From contig CAZHRF010000056.1 in assembly GCA_964534625.1 (NCBI GenBank), forward strand, positions 1-15,558: 15,558 nucleotides of DNA. The letters are read 5' to 3'. Of this stretch, positions 1-8,002 are shown one piece after another; within the stretch, counting starts at the first letter, position 1, and the number at the start of each line of letters is the position of its first letter. The position numbers and the translations under genes are program-made. The stretch is from an uncultured archaeon (GTDB lineage Archaea > Asgardarchaeota > Heimdallarchaeia > Heimdallarchaeales > Heimdallarchaeaceae). The notes under the pieces were generated by a model, which was not told the origin of the DNA, did not search any database, and saw only the letters and a program-made list of their open reading frames with translations.

Positions 1-302
1 TTTTTTTTAAAAATTTCTTCTATTAGAACACAGACCTTTTTTGGGTCTCCCCATACTCGCAACTCTGAAATCTTTTTAGGTTCGATTTTATTTTCTCTTA
101 CTGATTGTATGATTTTATAGGTCTGTTTAGCCCGAATAAAAGGAGAAATCCAAACTTCGTTATATCGTATGTTCAATTTTACCAATCCTTTAGCTACTTT
201 TTCTTGTATTTTTATACCTGTTTTTGATAATGGCCTTTCACTATCGGATTTCCAGGTTGGAGAATGATCGCTTTTTGCATGACGCATTAGATAAAGTTTC
301 AT
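1..302 (-). CDS. sixA: Histidine phosphatase superfamily protein, SixA-like phosphohistidine phosphatase (partial; runs off the left edge)
   Basis: Not in the ORF track. My translation from ATG at 302 is MKLYLMRHAKSDHSPTWKSDSERPLSKTG...VWISPFIRAKQT... It has the RH(A/G) catalytic motif, D-x-x-RPL-x-x-x-G and SP-x-x-RA-x-QT, and is open to position 1. Confidence 0.85.
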   Translation of the reverse strand, partial: MKLYLMRHAKSDHSPTWKSDSERPLSKTGIKIQEKVAKGLVKLNIRYNEVWISPFIRAKQTYKIIQSVRENKIEPKKISELRVWGDPKKVCVLIEEIFKK

Positions 303-447
303 AAATTCATTTGAAATTTATAATAAAAAAGATTAGTGGAAAATCATCATAAAAGAAAAAACTAAAAATTGATACTAGTATCAATTGGCTAAAAACCATC
401 AAATTAAAAAAAGAAAAAGACTGTTTGGGGATTTTAAAGAACAAACC

Positions 448-1350
448 TCACTTTTTTAACTTTATTGGTATCAAAACAGGGGTATTCTTTTTATATTCTT
501 CATAATCTTCCTGTCCACCCCATCGTTTATCAGTGTATTTTTCACTTATGGGTATTCCACTTATTTGGGTTATTAGTAATGCAACAAAAACTGGGGAAAT
601 CAATGTGAAAAATCTCCAGCTTTCAAGTGTGGGTAAAGCAATAATTGCAACGCCAATCCAGATGACTATCTCGCCAAAATAATTTGGATGTCTCGAAATA
701 GACCATAATCCAGTGTTTATGAATTTACCTTTATTTTCGGGATTAGATAAGAATTTACTCTTTTGATAATCTCCAATAGCTTCAAATCCGAAACCTACTA
801 ACCATACTATAACACCAACTATCATTCCAACCCAATCATACCATTGATAAGGTGTTGTTTGTTCATAGGTAATTGCCGCTAATGCAGCAGCTAGAGTAAA
901 ACTTATCCATAACCCTTGAAGCGTCCAAGCTCTTAGAAATTCAGTGAAAGACTGTTTGAGTTCAGCAAATCGTTTATCTTCTCCTGTCTTTAAGACTCTT
1001 TTAAATAAGTAAAACCCTAACCTAGATGCCCAAATTAAGACTAACACCATAAGTAGAATAGTTCGAGCATCAACTGGTGATGGTCCGAGGATGACAGCAA
1101 GTATAGTCAATGTTATGTAAGTTAATGAACCAGTCAGATCATAGAATTTCTCTGTTTTGAATATATATGCTGGTATAAAGGCAATCCATTGAATTGTAAA
1201 GGCTAGTATTATACATAAAGCAAATAGTGGGATTGAAACTCCTAAAATATCTATCGCTTCGGTACCAATACTCCCTGCAATTGCGAGACCAGCACCTATT
1301 ATTATTATTAATAGTATGCTAATGAACGTTTTAATATCATTTTTATCCAT
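448..1350 (-). CDS. DUF1295 family membrane protein (steroid 5-alpha-reductase/ICMT-like)
   Basis: Multiple hydrophobic helices with EKFYDLTGS, W-x-x-RLG, GEDKRF, E-x-x-GD-x-QK and GLW-x-x-SRHPNYFGE motifs. ATG 1350 is preferred over GTG 1359 because GGTGA lies just upstream of it. Confidence 0.9.
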   Translation of the reverse strand: MDKNDIKTFISILLIIIIGAGLAIAGSIGTEAIDILGVSIPLFALCIILAFTIQWIAFIPAYIFKTEKFYDLTGSLTYITLTILAVILGPSPVDARTILLMVLVLIWASRLGFYLFKRVLKTGEDKRFAELKQSFTEFLRAWTLQGLWISFTLAAALAAITYEQTTPYQWYDWVGMIVGVIVWLVGFGFEAIGDYQKSKFLSNPENKGKFINTGLWSISRHPNYFGEIVIWIGVAIIALPTLESWRFFTLISPVFVALLITQISGIPISEKYTDKRWGGQEDYEEYKKNTPVLIPIKLKK

Positions 1351-1720
1351 AGTAGTCACCTAATTATTTACAATAAAATGTAAACAATAACTGATTTGAA
1401 TCGTAAATTAAAACTCTTTCCTTTAAACAAAAAGTATCTATAAAACGAATATATAATAAAACCATCCATTACTTTCAAGACAAACCTATATTAATTGGAA
1501 ATAGTTTGAATAAAAACCTAACAACTATTTTTGTAAATTATCATAAACAAGTAATTTCAATGTAAATGATGGGAAAACCATCTTAAAAACTATAGTTAAA
1601 TGGGAAATTATCATCGCATTCTAAATTTTCCATAATTGATTTCGAAGGGAAAAACTTATTTTACTATTTTTACCATTATTAATTGCTAATCAATGATACA
1701 TATTGAGTCAAAAAGAAGGA

Positions 1721-2014
1721 ATGCGTATGTCTGAAGAATCAGAACAACAATGGGAGGAAGATGTTCCCCCTGAATATGACGATTTTTATAAAGACGAAAA
1801 GAAAAAAGGCAAAAAGAACGATTTAACTCCTATAAAGGATAAAATCGCGGATCCTAAAAAAATGTTTAAAAGAGAGCGATACCCCGGACATCGAACCTAC
1901 GATGATGAAGAAGAAGGCACTATGGTTAACGTTGGTGGACTGTGGGAAGAAAATCTTATAACATTTGAGGATGAAAACGTAAGAAGACGAAAACAACGGA
2001 AAAAAAAGAGATAA
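1721..2014 (+). CDS. Hypothetical highly charged, probably disordered protein
   Basis: ORF with alternating acidic and basic blocks, ending RRRKQRKKKR. GAAGGA lies just upstream of ATG 1721/1727, so the start is uncertain. No family recognised. Confidence 0.6.
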   Translation: MRMSEESEQQWEEDVPPEYDDFYKDEKKKGKKNDLTPIKDKIADPKKMFKRERYPGHRTYDDEEEGTMVNVGGLWEENLITFEDENVRRRKQRKKKR

Positions 2015-2031
2015 AGAAAGAATTACTGTGT

Positions 2032-2427
2032 TTAATCCTCTTTGTATTTTTCTATCAGTTTTTTTATTTTTTGTTTTATTTTATCCCTTACTTCTCTATA
2101 TTTTCCAATATCCTTACCTTTTGGGTTCTCTAGATCCCAATTTTCCACTTTAGGGAGAAAGATAGCTGGACAAGCTCCCTCTGCATCACACCCCATAATT
2201 ATGATTCTGTCTGCCCATGACCAGTCATTTACACGTTTAGAAGTATGATTAGAAATATCTATGTCTACTTCTTTCATTACTTGAATGGCAAGTGAATCAA
2301 CTTTATGTCCCGATTCCGTTCCGCCTGATTGAACCTCGATTATTCCTTTACCATATTCTCTCGCAAATGCTTCCGCCATCTGACTTCTACAAGAATTGTG
2401 GACGCATACAAAATGTATCTTTTTCAT
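2032..2427 (-). CDS. arsC: Arsenate reductase ArsC, LMW-PTP fold, thioredoxin-type
   Basis: P-loop CVHNSCRSQMAE, the distal Cys pair MGCDAEGACP, and W-x-L-x-[DN]P...R-x-VRD-x-I. Confidence 0.85.
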   Translation of the reverse strand: MKKIHFVCVHNSCRSQMAEAFAREYGKGIIEVQSGGTESGHKVDSLAIQVMKEVDIDISNHTSKRVNDWSWADRIIIMGCDAEGACPAIFLPKVENWDLENPKGKDIGKYREVRDKIKQKIKKLIEKYKED

Positions 2428-2504
2428 TTGAACTCACTTTTTCATTAGATTTTATAATTATATCCCTTAGACAAAACCAATTTTTCAGATTAAGAATAAA
2501 AGAA

Positions 2505-3422
2505 TTACCCATCAAATTTGTTGATAAATGCTTGTGGCACAACAAACGGTTGTTTATGATCAGCTAAAGTGATGGAAGCATAGTAAGCTTCTTCATTAAT
2601 CATCTCACCTTCAGCTTCAAATGGATAGGGGTGTTTCAGTTTCAGTTCAATTTTACGCCCTCGGCAAAAATGAACCCCTTTTGCCCCTAAATGTTTTCCT
2701 TTTTTTAATTTATTAATCAAATTAAACATTCGAATTTTAGCAATATTTCCAGCATAACACATACCAAAATCGCTATTGAGGGGAGAATTATCAGGTAAGA
2801 CTTCAAAACCACCTCCAAAGCTACATCCAAGTCCAACTGCACACATAACTAAATTAGTCGTAATTGGTTCATTATTATCAATAATTATCTGTGTTTCACT
2901 ACTCTTAAAAGTAAAAATGTTCAAAAGTCCCGATAAGTAATATTTGGGTTGCCCTTTTAACCATTTATATTTATAAAGGACATCGCGTGCAACAAGGGAG
3001 GTTATGCCCATTTCTGCTATATTTAGAAAATACCTCTTTGTAGTGCTCTCTGCTATACCAACAGGCACCTCATAGATATTTCCTTTGGTGATTTCTGCAA
3101 TACATTCATCAATATTGGTAGTTAAACCTAATGAATTGGCATAATCATTACCATTACCTACAGGTATAGTACCTAATGCAGTGCTGCTTCCATACAAACC
3201 TTGTAATATTTCATTCATGGTACCATCCCCCCCAACAGCAATAATTTGATCAAAATTATTTTTTTCATCCATAGCCAAGACTGTTGCGTGACCTCTCTCT
3301 TTGGTAAATCTTACTTTAAAATCAGAAAAGATGGTTTTGATTTTTTTTTCAATAGTAGGCCATATTTTTTTAACATGAGCATTTTGTGATGCGGGATTAA
3401 CTATAAATAAAGTTGATTTCAC
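2505..3422 (-). CDS. Diacylglycerol kinase family (YegS/DagK-like) lipid kinase
   Basis: IVNPAS, GGDGTMNE, IPVGNGNDYA, FLN and GGG motifs. The C-terminal EGE corresponds to the usual DGE. GTG start. Confidence 0.9.
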   Translation of the reverse strand: MKSTLFIVNPASQNAHVKKIWPTIEKKIKTIFSDFKVRFTKERGHATVLAMDEKNNFDQIIAVGGDGTMNEILQGLYGSSTALGTIPVGNGNDYANSLGLTTNIDECIAEITKGNIYEVPVGIAESTTKRYFLNIAEMGITSLVARDVLYKYKWLKGQPKYYLSGLLNIFTFKSSETQIIIDNNEPITTNLVMCAVGLGCSFGGGFEVLPDNSPLNSDFGMCYAGNIAKIRMFNLINKLKKGKHLGAKGVHFCRGRKIELKLKHPYPFEAEGEMINEEAYYASITLADHKQPFVVPQAFINKFDG

Positions 3423-3526
3423 AAGTGTTCTTTTTTATGGTGTTTATAAGTTTTTAATCCTTTCATATGCATGAAATAGAAGTAAGGTTGAAATAACTCT
3501 ATACTTAAAAAGTCTCTTTTCACCTA

Positions 3527-4405
3527 TTAGTTTAATCTTAAAACGCGTCTAACAGTAGTTAAAGCATCTATTGCCTTTAATCTAACCCTATCATCTTCAT
3601 CTTCTGTGCTACATGAAATGAGTGGTTGAATAACTCTTTCGTCTGGGACATTACTGAGGTTTTCACATGCTTGAATTTTCACCTCAAGATCTTCATCTTT
3701 CAAAGCATGGATGTTAACATCTATGAATTGATTTTCGTTATTTTTCCACCCAAATTTTTCTAGCTCTTTAACTACTTCTAATCGTATTTTAGAATCTCTA
3801 TCACTCATCGCTCTTTTATACAATTCGAAGTGATTGTTCTTAACTGCAAGTCTGATTAATTGTACTGCGGTTTTTCGAACTAGTGCATTTTCATCATTGA
3901 GTAAAGGGATAATTAACGAGTTATCAATCATTCCTTGAAAACTTAATAAAGATCTTCTTGCCTCTTCAACAACTGTTTCACTTTCGTCTTTTAACGCTCT
4001 AAATAGCGGAAGAACTACATCGGGTTCAGTAAAATCAGATAATATTTTTGCTGTCGTATATCTTACATTCTGTGAATCATCATTTAATCTGGCGATTAAC
4101 TCTCCAAGAATTTCATTGTCATGAAATTTGGCGAGTGATGTAACACACGCTTCCCTTACCTTCCATGAAGTGTCAGTTAGGTGCTCCTTTAAAGGAAGAA
4201 AGGCTTTTTCTTGTCGTATATCACCTAAAATTTCAGCTGCATAGGTGCGAACATCAGGATCCGTATCGTATAAAGTATTAATTATTTGATCTATAGCAGA
4301 GTCTCTATCGGGATGTTTTGAAATCTCTTCAATGGCAAATAGCTTTAAAGCTGAGTTATCACCCTTTAATAATTTTAAATGCTCATTAATGTCTTTGGAT
4401 GTCAT
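3527..4405 (-). CDS. HEAT-repeat (PBS-lyase-like) protein
   Basis: Repeated ~31-aa units of the type L-x-D-x-x-x-x-VR-x-x-A-x-x-x-L: LYDTDPDVRTYAAEIL, LTDTSWKVREA, LNDDSQNVRYTTA, LNDENALVRKTAV, DEDDRVRLKAIDAL. Confidence 0.9.
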   Translation of the reverse strand: MTSKDINEHLKLLKGDNSALKLFAIEEISKHPDRDSAIDQIINTLYDTDPDVRTYAAEILGDIRQEKAFLPLKEHLTDTSWKVREACVTSLAKFHDNEILGELIARLNDDSQNVRYTTAKILSDFTEPDVVLPLFRALKDESETVVEEARRSLLSFQGMIDNSLIIPLLNDENALVRKTAVQLIRLAVKNNHFELYKRAMSDRDSKIRLEVVKELEKFGWKNNENQFIDVNIHALKDEDLEVKIQACENLSNVPDERVIQPLISCSTEDEDDRVRLKAIDALTTVRRVLRLN

Positions 4406-4462
4406 GAATTTCTCTAATATAAACTATTTATCCATGTTAATAAGAGTTATTGCAAGATAAAA

Positions 4463-4702
4463 CTAAGAAAAGGTTTCCTTTAGCTGCCGCATAGCTTTAT
4501 CGATAGTTAGGTGGGATAATTCTTCTGCCTTAGAATAATGTTTTCCACAAAACCATTCGGCAAAAGGGGGATGGCCTATAAAATTGCCCTTTGCTGCTTT
4601 TTTCTTCCATCGAATATCAGATTGTCTAAGGGCAAAATAAATTAATCCACCATCATCTTTAGATAATCTTTCATCGCAAATAGCGCATATGGGGGGTCTC
4701 AT
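4463..4702 (-). CDS. Small hypothetical protein, putative Zn-binding (CxxC ... CxxH)
   Basis: MRPPICAICD...GHPPFAEWFCGKH. ATG 4702 is the likely start; the ORF track starts at 4726. Confidence 0.65.
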   Translation of the reverse strand: MRPPICAICDERLSKDDGGLIYFALRQSDIRWKKKAAKGNFIGHPPFAEWFCGKHYSKAEELSHLTIDKAMRQLKETFS

Positions 4703-4803
4703 AGTACTAAAAAGGAGACTATACATATAAAGAGTTTGTAACTATTTAAAGAAGAACCAATATTTTTTAAATAAGAGTGCTTACTGTTCGTTAGGTGTAC
4801 ACT

Positions 4804-5076
4804 ATGGCAAAAGTAAAAGCAAGTCACATATTAGTTAAAAAAAAGTCCCTAGCAGAAGACATATTACAACAATTAAAAGATGGAGAAAAATTTTCTAAAT
4901 TAGCTAAAAAACATTCTGAATGCCCTTCAGGTAAAAGAGGTGGCAATTTGGGATTCTTTACAAGAGGTAAAATGGTAAAGCCATTCGAAAATGCTGCTTT
5001 TAATCTTAAAAAAGGTGAAATATCGGATATTGTTAAAACAGATTTCGGTTATCATATCATAAAGAGAACTGGATGA
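4804..5076 (+). CDS. ppiC: Parvulin-type peptidyl-prolyl cis-trans isomerase, single domain
   Basis: ASHILVK, F-x-x-LA-x-x-HS-x-CPS-x-x-x-GG-x-LG-x-F-x-RG-x-MV-x-PFE and T-x-FGYHII motifs. ATG 4804 follows AGGTG. Confidence 0.95.
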   Translation: MAKVKASHILVKKKSLAEDILQQLKDGEKFSKLAKKHSECPSGKRGGNLGFFTRGKMVKPFENAAFNLKKGEISDIVKTDFGYHIIKRTG

Positions 5077-5117
5077 TCTCTCCGTCTTCCGTCTCTTTAT
5101 TTTTCTTTCTATTTTTA

Positions 5118-6095
5118 TTACTTATCGATATTAATTAAAGAATCAAGTGAATGTTCTAAATCTTTCTCAGTCGTTTCTAATAATTCTTTTTTATCTTCAT
5201 GTTCAATTCCAACAAATATATCCTGTTCGTCAGTTTGAACACCAAATGCCATCCTAGGGGTATTCCAAGCCAGACCAAATCCTTCTTGACCTAAAGCTAT
5301 AACTCCACCCAATCCATTGACTGATTCGGTTAGATGTTTAATAGCTTTATTTGTAGCAACTTTGACATCATTTGTTTCTTCATAGTATTGATGAACACGC
5401 CTAGAGATTAGTGTTTTGATTAAATCTTCTCCATATCCTGTTGCTGCGACCCCTATAGAATCAGGTTCAATATATGCTCCTGCACCAAATAATGGTGTAT
5501 CACCTACTCTAGATGGGGCTTTTTTTGGTGTTCCTCCCGTTGAAACAGCTACAGCAACATTACCCTTCTTATCCATAATAACTGTACCAACAGTCCCCTT
5601 AGATTTACCTCGAAAAGCGTCTTTGGGGAGAAAATCTCGTTTTGTTTTAAGTTTTTCATATCGATCTAATTCTCTGCCTACTAATAGATTAGTAGGTTCC
5701 ACAAGTTCAAAACCTTGCTGTTGAGCGAATAAATTAGCTCCTTTACCCATTAGTAGAACTGGTCCATTATTATCTAATACTCTTCTAGCTACTTTTACGG
5801 GATTCTTGATATTCTGAAGGGCAGCAACTGCCCCTATGTTATACTGATCATCAGCAATAATTGAATCCATTTCAACCTCGCCTATGGCGTTCAAGAAAGA
5901 ACCTTTACCCGCATCAAATGTAGGATCATTTTCTAAAAAAACAATAACCGCTTCAACAATATCAAGAGCTTTTTCGCCTTTTTCTATTAGTTTGTTGCCT
6001 AGTTTAATGGCATGTTCCATACCTGAAAGGTGATTATGAACTGCATCATCGGGGATATCCCATGCTCCACCATGAACAATAATTCCAGATTTCAT
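5118..6095 (-). CDS. iaaA: Isoaspartyl peptidase / plant-type L-asparaginase (Ntn hydrolase)
   Basis: IIVHGGA, LE-x-DP-x-FDAG-x-GS, the GTVG autocleavage Thr, STGG, RVGDTP and TG-x-GE motifs. Confidence 0.92.
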   Translation of the reverse strand: MKSGIIVHGGAWDIPDDAVHNHLSGMEHAIKLGNKLIEKGEKALDIVEAVIVFLENDPTFDAGKGSFLNAIGEVEMDSIIADDQYNIGAVAALQNIKNPVKVARRVLDNNGPVLLMGKGANLFAQQQGFELVEPTNLLVGRELDRYEKLKTKRDFLPKDAFRGKSKGTVGTVIMDKKGNVAVAVSTGGTPKKAPSRVGDTPLFGAGAYIEPDSIGVAATGYGEDLIKTLISRRVHQYYEETNDVKVATNKAIKHLTESVNGLGGVIALGQEGFGLAWNTPRMAFGVQTDEQDIFVGIEHEDKKELLETTEKDLEHSLDSLINIDK

Positions 6096-6179
6096 AAGTT
6101 TGATGAATTGTTGAATTAATAATTTTATTGAAAGTGGATAGTAAAAAGATAAAGTTTATGAAAAAAGTATAACATATTA

Positions 6180-6302
6180 ATGTCTGATTATCTATTTACA
6201 GAAAACGAAAAAGAATTTCTTGGAGAAAAATTATTGGCAACTTTTGTAACAATGAACACAAAAAACTATCCTCATGTTTTTGGAAATCTTCGCCGTTCAT
6301 AG
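6180..6302 (+). pseudogene. 40-aa ORF resembling the N-terminus of a PPOX/pyridoxamine-phosphate-oxidase-like (split-barrel flavin/F420) protein, truncated
   Basis: Not in the ORF track. MSDYLFTENEKEFLGEKLLATFVTMNTKNYPHVFGNLRRS* follows the FL-x4-A-x-x-x-T-x5-PHV pattern of this family and then stops. Family resemblance is by eye only. Confidence 0.45.
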
Positions 6303-6333
6303 TTTTTTGATGTGTTTCAGAGAAGTCAGATTG

Positions 6334-6364
6334 ACATATCGAGGGATATCGATATGTTTATAAA
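6334..6364 (+). promoter_or_regulatory. Palindromic operator (ACATATCGA-N6-TCGATATGT) abutting an archaeal TATA box
   Basis: Perfect 9-bp inverted repeat at 6334-6342/6349-6357. TTTATAAA at 6357-6364. GGAGA ribosome-binding site at 6388-6392, ahead of ATG 6400. Confidence 0.75.
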
Positions 6365-6399
6365 TTCATAGCTTTCCCAACTAAATAGGAGATTAATTT

Positions 6400-6780
6400 A
6401 TGACCAAAGTAGGGTTTATTCTTTGTGTTTGTACTGGAGATTGTCCCGGATTCGCGACAATGAATATATGGGATCTTATCAATCAAGTTCGTCTTGTTTT
6501 ACCTGTCGAATGGGCTATTGTTCATCCACAGTTATGTGAAACTGACGGAGATAGATTTGTGGAGAATTTAATTCAACTTGTAAATGACACTCAAATGAAA
6601 TATTTCATTGCAGGTTGTTCACCTAATATGCAAAGAAAACTAATAGGATTTGGTTTCAAGAAAGCGGGATTAGACTTTAAAGAATGGGTCATGCCATTAG
6701 ATGTAAGAAACATGACAACTGATCAAGCTTTTGAAGCTATTGAAAAAACACTCGAAGAGTGGGGAGTTACTAATGAGTGA
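6400..6780 (+). CDS. Stand-alone HdrA N-terminal-like Cys-rich (putative Fe-S) protein
   Basis: KVGFILCVCTGDC...HPQLC...IAGCSP parallels the HdrA N-terminal domain (IGVYVCHCG...YMCS...VAACSP). No FAD-binding GxGxxG motif follows. Confidence 0.65.
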   Translation: MTKVGFILCVCTGDCPGFATMNIWDLINQVRLVLPVEWAIVHPQLCETDGDRFVENLIQLVNDTQMKYFIAGCSPNMQRKLIGFGFKKAGLDFKEWVMPLDVRNMTTDQAFEAIEKTLEEWGVTNE

Positions 6781-7075
6781 AGATAACCCCTCTATTCCCA
6801 AACAAATTCATAGATTCATGGGTGTAGATAGAAAACACATCGATTGGTTTCCCATTATAGATTATACCAAATGCAACCATTGTAAAGATTGTGTAGAATT
6901 TTGTGCTCATGGAGTATATACGATTAACGATGAAAAAGTGGAAGTAAAGAATCCAAAAGATTGTGTGGTTTTTTGCCAAGCTTGTATAAAAATGTGTCCG
7001 AAAGATGCATTGATTTTCCAAGATAAAAAAAGTGTTTTAAAGCAGATAAAACAAATTAAAGCATCAAAAAAATAA
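6773..7075 (+). CDS. 2x[4Fe-4S] ferredoxin
   Basis: CNHCKDCVEFC and CVVFCQACIKMCP cluster motifs, preceded by IDWFPIID. ATG 6773 overlaps the upstream gene and follows GGGGAG. Confidence 0.88.
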   Translation: MSEDNPSIPKQIHRFMGVDRKHIDWFPIIDYTKCNHCKDCVEFCAHGVYTINDEKVEVKNPKDCVVFCQACIKMCPKDALIFQDKKSVLKQIKQIKASKK

Positions 7076-7084
7076 TGCTAGAAA

Positions 7085-8002
7085 GTGAGTGAAGTTACAA
7101 TGGATTACTCGGAAAAATACAGATTTATTTCATGCATGGGCTGTGAAAAACTATTAGGACAAATAGCTACTGCCTGCAGTTTGCTTCTAGAAAAAAAACA
7201 AGAGGAATTGAACCTTATTTTCAAACCTTCCTTAGCACAAATTGCTGCAGACAAATCCAATGAATCAGAACATGAAATGGATATTATTGCTCTAAATGGA
7301 TGTATGTCACAATGTGTTAATGCCATTTTATCAAACAAGGGTTTGAAAGCATCATATATACTAAACATGCCTAAAATACTAAAAGAGTTTCAGATTCCAG
7401 AGGGAATCAAATATACCCCCGATTTATTAGAAAATCAAAGTATAGTCAATATCACTTCCGGAATTGAAAAAGCAATAATAGCGTTTTATGAGAAAAAAGA
7501 TAGTACAAGTGAAACAACAGCAATCTTTGATTTTACTCCTGAATATTCTAATACTTTAGAATTTACATATAGTAAGTTTCATTTCGTTGTTCCTGTCAGT
7601 AAAGGGCAACTTTATTTCAATTGGAATGATGCATGGGCATATGATATTGGGAACGGAAAGGTTGTTATTGGAATTACTGATTACCTCCAAAAAAATTTAT
7701 CCGATATAAGTTGGTGTGAATTTCCTGCTATAAATACAGAAGTAGGACAATTTGAAGAAGTTGCAACGCTTGAGTCTTATAAAACTGTAGTAGAGGTATT
7801 AAGTCCATTTAGTGGAAAATTAGTTCAAGTAAATAAAAAATTAGAAACTAATCCTGAATTAATAAATGATGATCCACATGGAAAAGGATGGATTGCAATT
7901 TTAGAAACACATAATCTTTCAGAGGAAAAAGAGGATTTAATGACCAGTGAACAATATTTTGAATTTATGAAAGAAAAAATAGAAGAACAAGGTGTACACT
8001 GA
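7085..8002 (+). CDS. Fusion of a DGC-like (putative zinc-binding) domain and a glycine-cleavage-H-like lipoyl domain
   Basis: N-terminal ISCMG...IIALNGCMSQC (DGC variant). C-terminal IGITDY...LESYKT...SPFSG...N-x-x-L-x-x-x-PELINDDP-x-GKGW. The lipoyl-acceptor Lys (K233, codon 7781-7783) is retained. Confidence 0.85.
   Translation: MSEVTMDYSEKYRFISCMGCEKLLGQIATACSLLLEKKQEELNLIFKPSLAQIAADKSNESEHEMDIIALNGCMSQCVNAILSNKGLKASYILNMPKILKEFQIPEGIKYTPDLLENQSIVNITSGIEKAIIAFYEKKDSTSETTAIFDFTPEYSNTLEFTYSKFHFVVPVSKGQLYFNWNDAWAYDIGNGKVVIGITDYLQKNLSDISWCEFPAINTEVGQFEEVATLESYKTVVEVLSPFSGKLVQVNKKLETNPELINDDPHGKGWIAILETHNLSEEKEDLMTSEQYFEFMKEKIEEQGVH

Noticed and set aside
1568-1653. Recurring ATGGGAAA-like words and a small GATGG/CCATC hairpin in the long intergenic region
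   Set aside because: Short, degenerate and irregularly spaced in very AT-rich DNA. Not a CRISPR array, and not distinguishable from chance by eye.
2042-2567. Plus-strand ORFs 2042-2248 and 2292-2567
   Set aside because: Antisense shadows of arsC and the lipid kinase, with no motifs.
5081-5094. TCCGTCT x2 after ppiC
   Set aside because: Only two short copies within a pyrimidine-rich terminator region.
5416-5724. Plus-strand 102-aa ORF
   Set aside because: Antisense to the well-supported isoaspartyl peptidase.
6778-8002. Selenocysteine read-through at the TGA stops at 6778-6780 and 8000-8002
   Set aside because: Both TGAs fall at natural domain ends and overlap the next gene. All motif positions are ordinary Cys, and I recognised no SECIS.
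7085-8002. Calling this a canonical glycine cleavage system
   Set aside because: No P, T or L protein in the window, and the H domain is fused to a DGC-like domain.
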